The notes below the pieces were generated by a model, which saw nothing but the letters and a program-made list of their open reading frames with translations, made no database searches and was not told where the DNA came from. DNA of 7,027 nucleotides from Zygophlyctis sp. KS116 (lineage: Eukaryota; Fungi; Chytridiomycota): positions 1 to 7,027 of the forward strand of contig BAAFSQ010000422.1 in assembly GCA_054661495.1 (NCBI GenBank). Reading direction: 5' to 3'. Position numbers and translations under genes: made by a program. Shown here piece after piece: positions 6,966-7,027 of the stretch; positions within the stretch are counted from its first letter, which is position 1, and every line of letters begins with the position of its first letter.

Positions 6966-7027
6966 CTGTCTGATTTATCTCATGCGGTTTTTGAAAGGTA
7001 GTGCTCGTAACATTTTACATAATACAG

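Overview
This is AT-rich eukaryotic DNA with spliceosomal mini-introns of 28-29 nt. An early-diverging fungus such as a chytrid is my inference, not something the sequence shows. From left to right: (1) a decayed GCR1_C-domain coding end at 1-430, probably a Crypton-type transposon remnant, with a 29-nt intron. (2) A frameshifted LINE ORF2 at ~601-5671 (APE endonuclease, reverse transcriptase, RNase H remnants, CCHC finger, A-rich tail). (3) Two elements nested in that LINE: an antisense 336-bp 5'-truncated retroposon with an 11-bp TSD (2315-2650), and a Ty1/copia 5' fragment (4082-~5042) sitting where the RNase H core should be. (4) A short NIMA/Nek2 kinase N-terminal fragment at 5791-5940. 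(5) A minus-strand spliced gene at 5974-~6795 that the ORF track mis-starts. It has one plant-type LRR per exon separated by phase-2 mini-introns, then a Cys cap, a KR dibasic site and a 134-aa six-Cys domain I do not recognise. (6) A repeat block with paired AACAATG/CATTGTT inverted motifs where that gene's 5' end should be. All translations and alignments were done by eye and no database searches were run.
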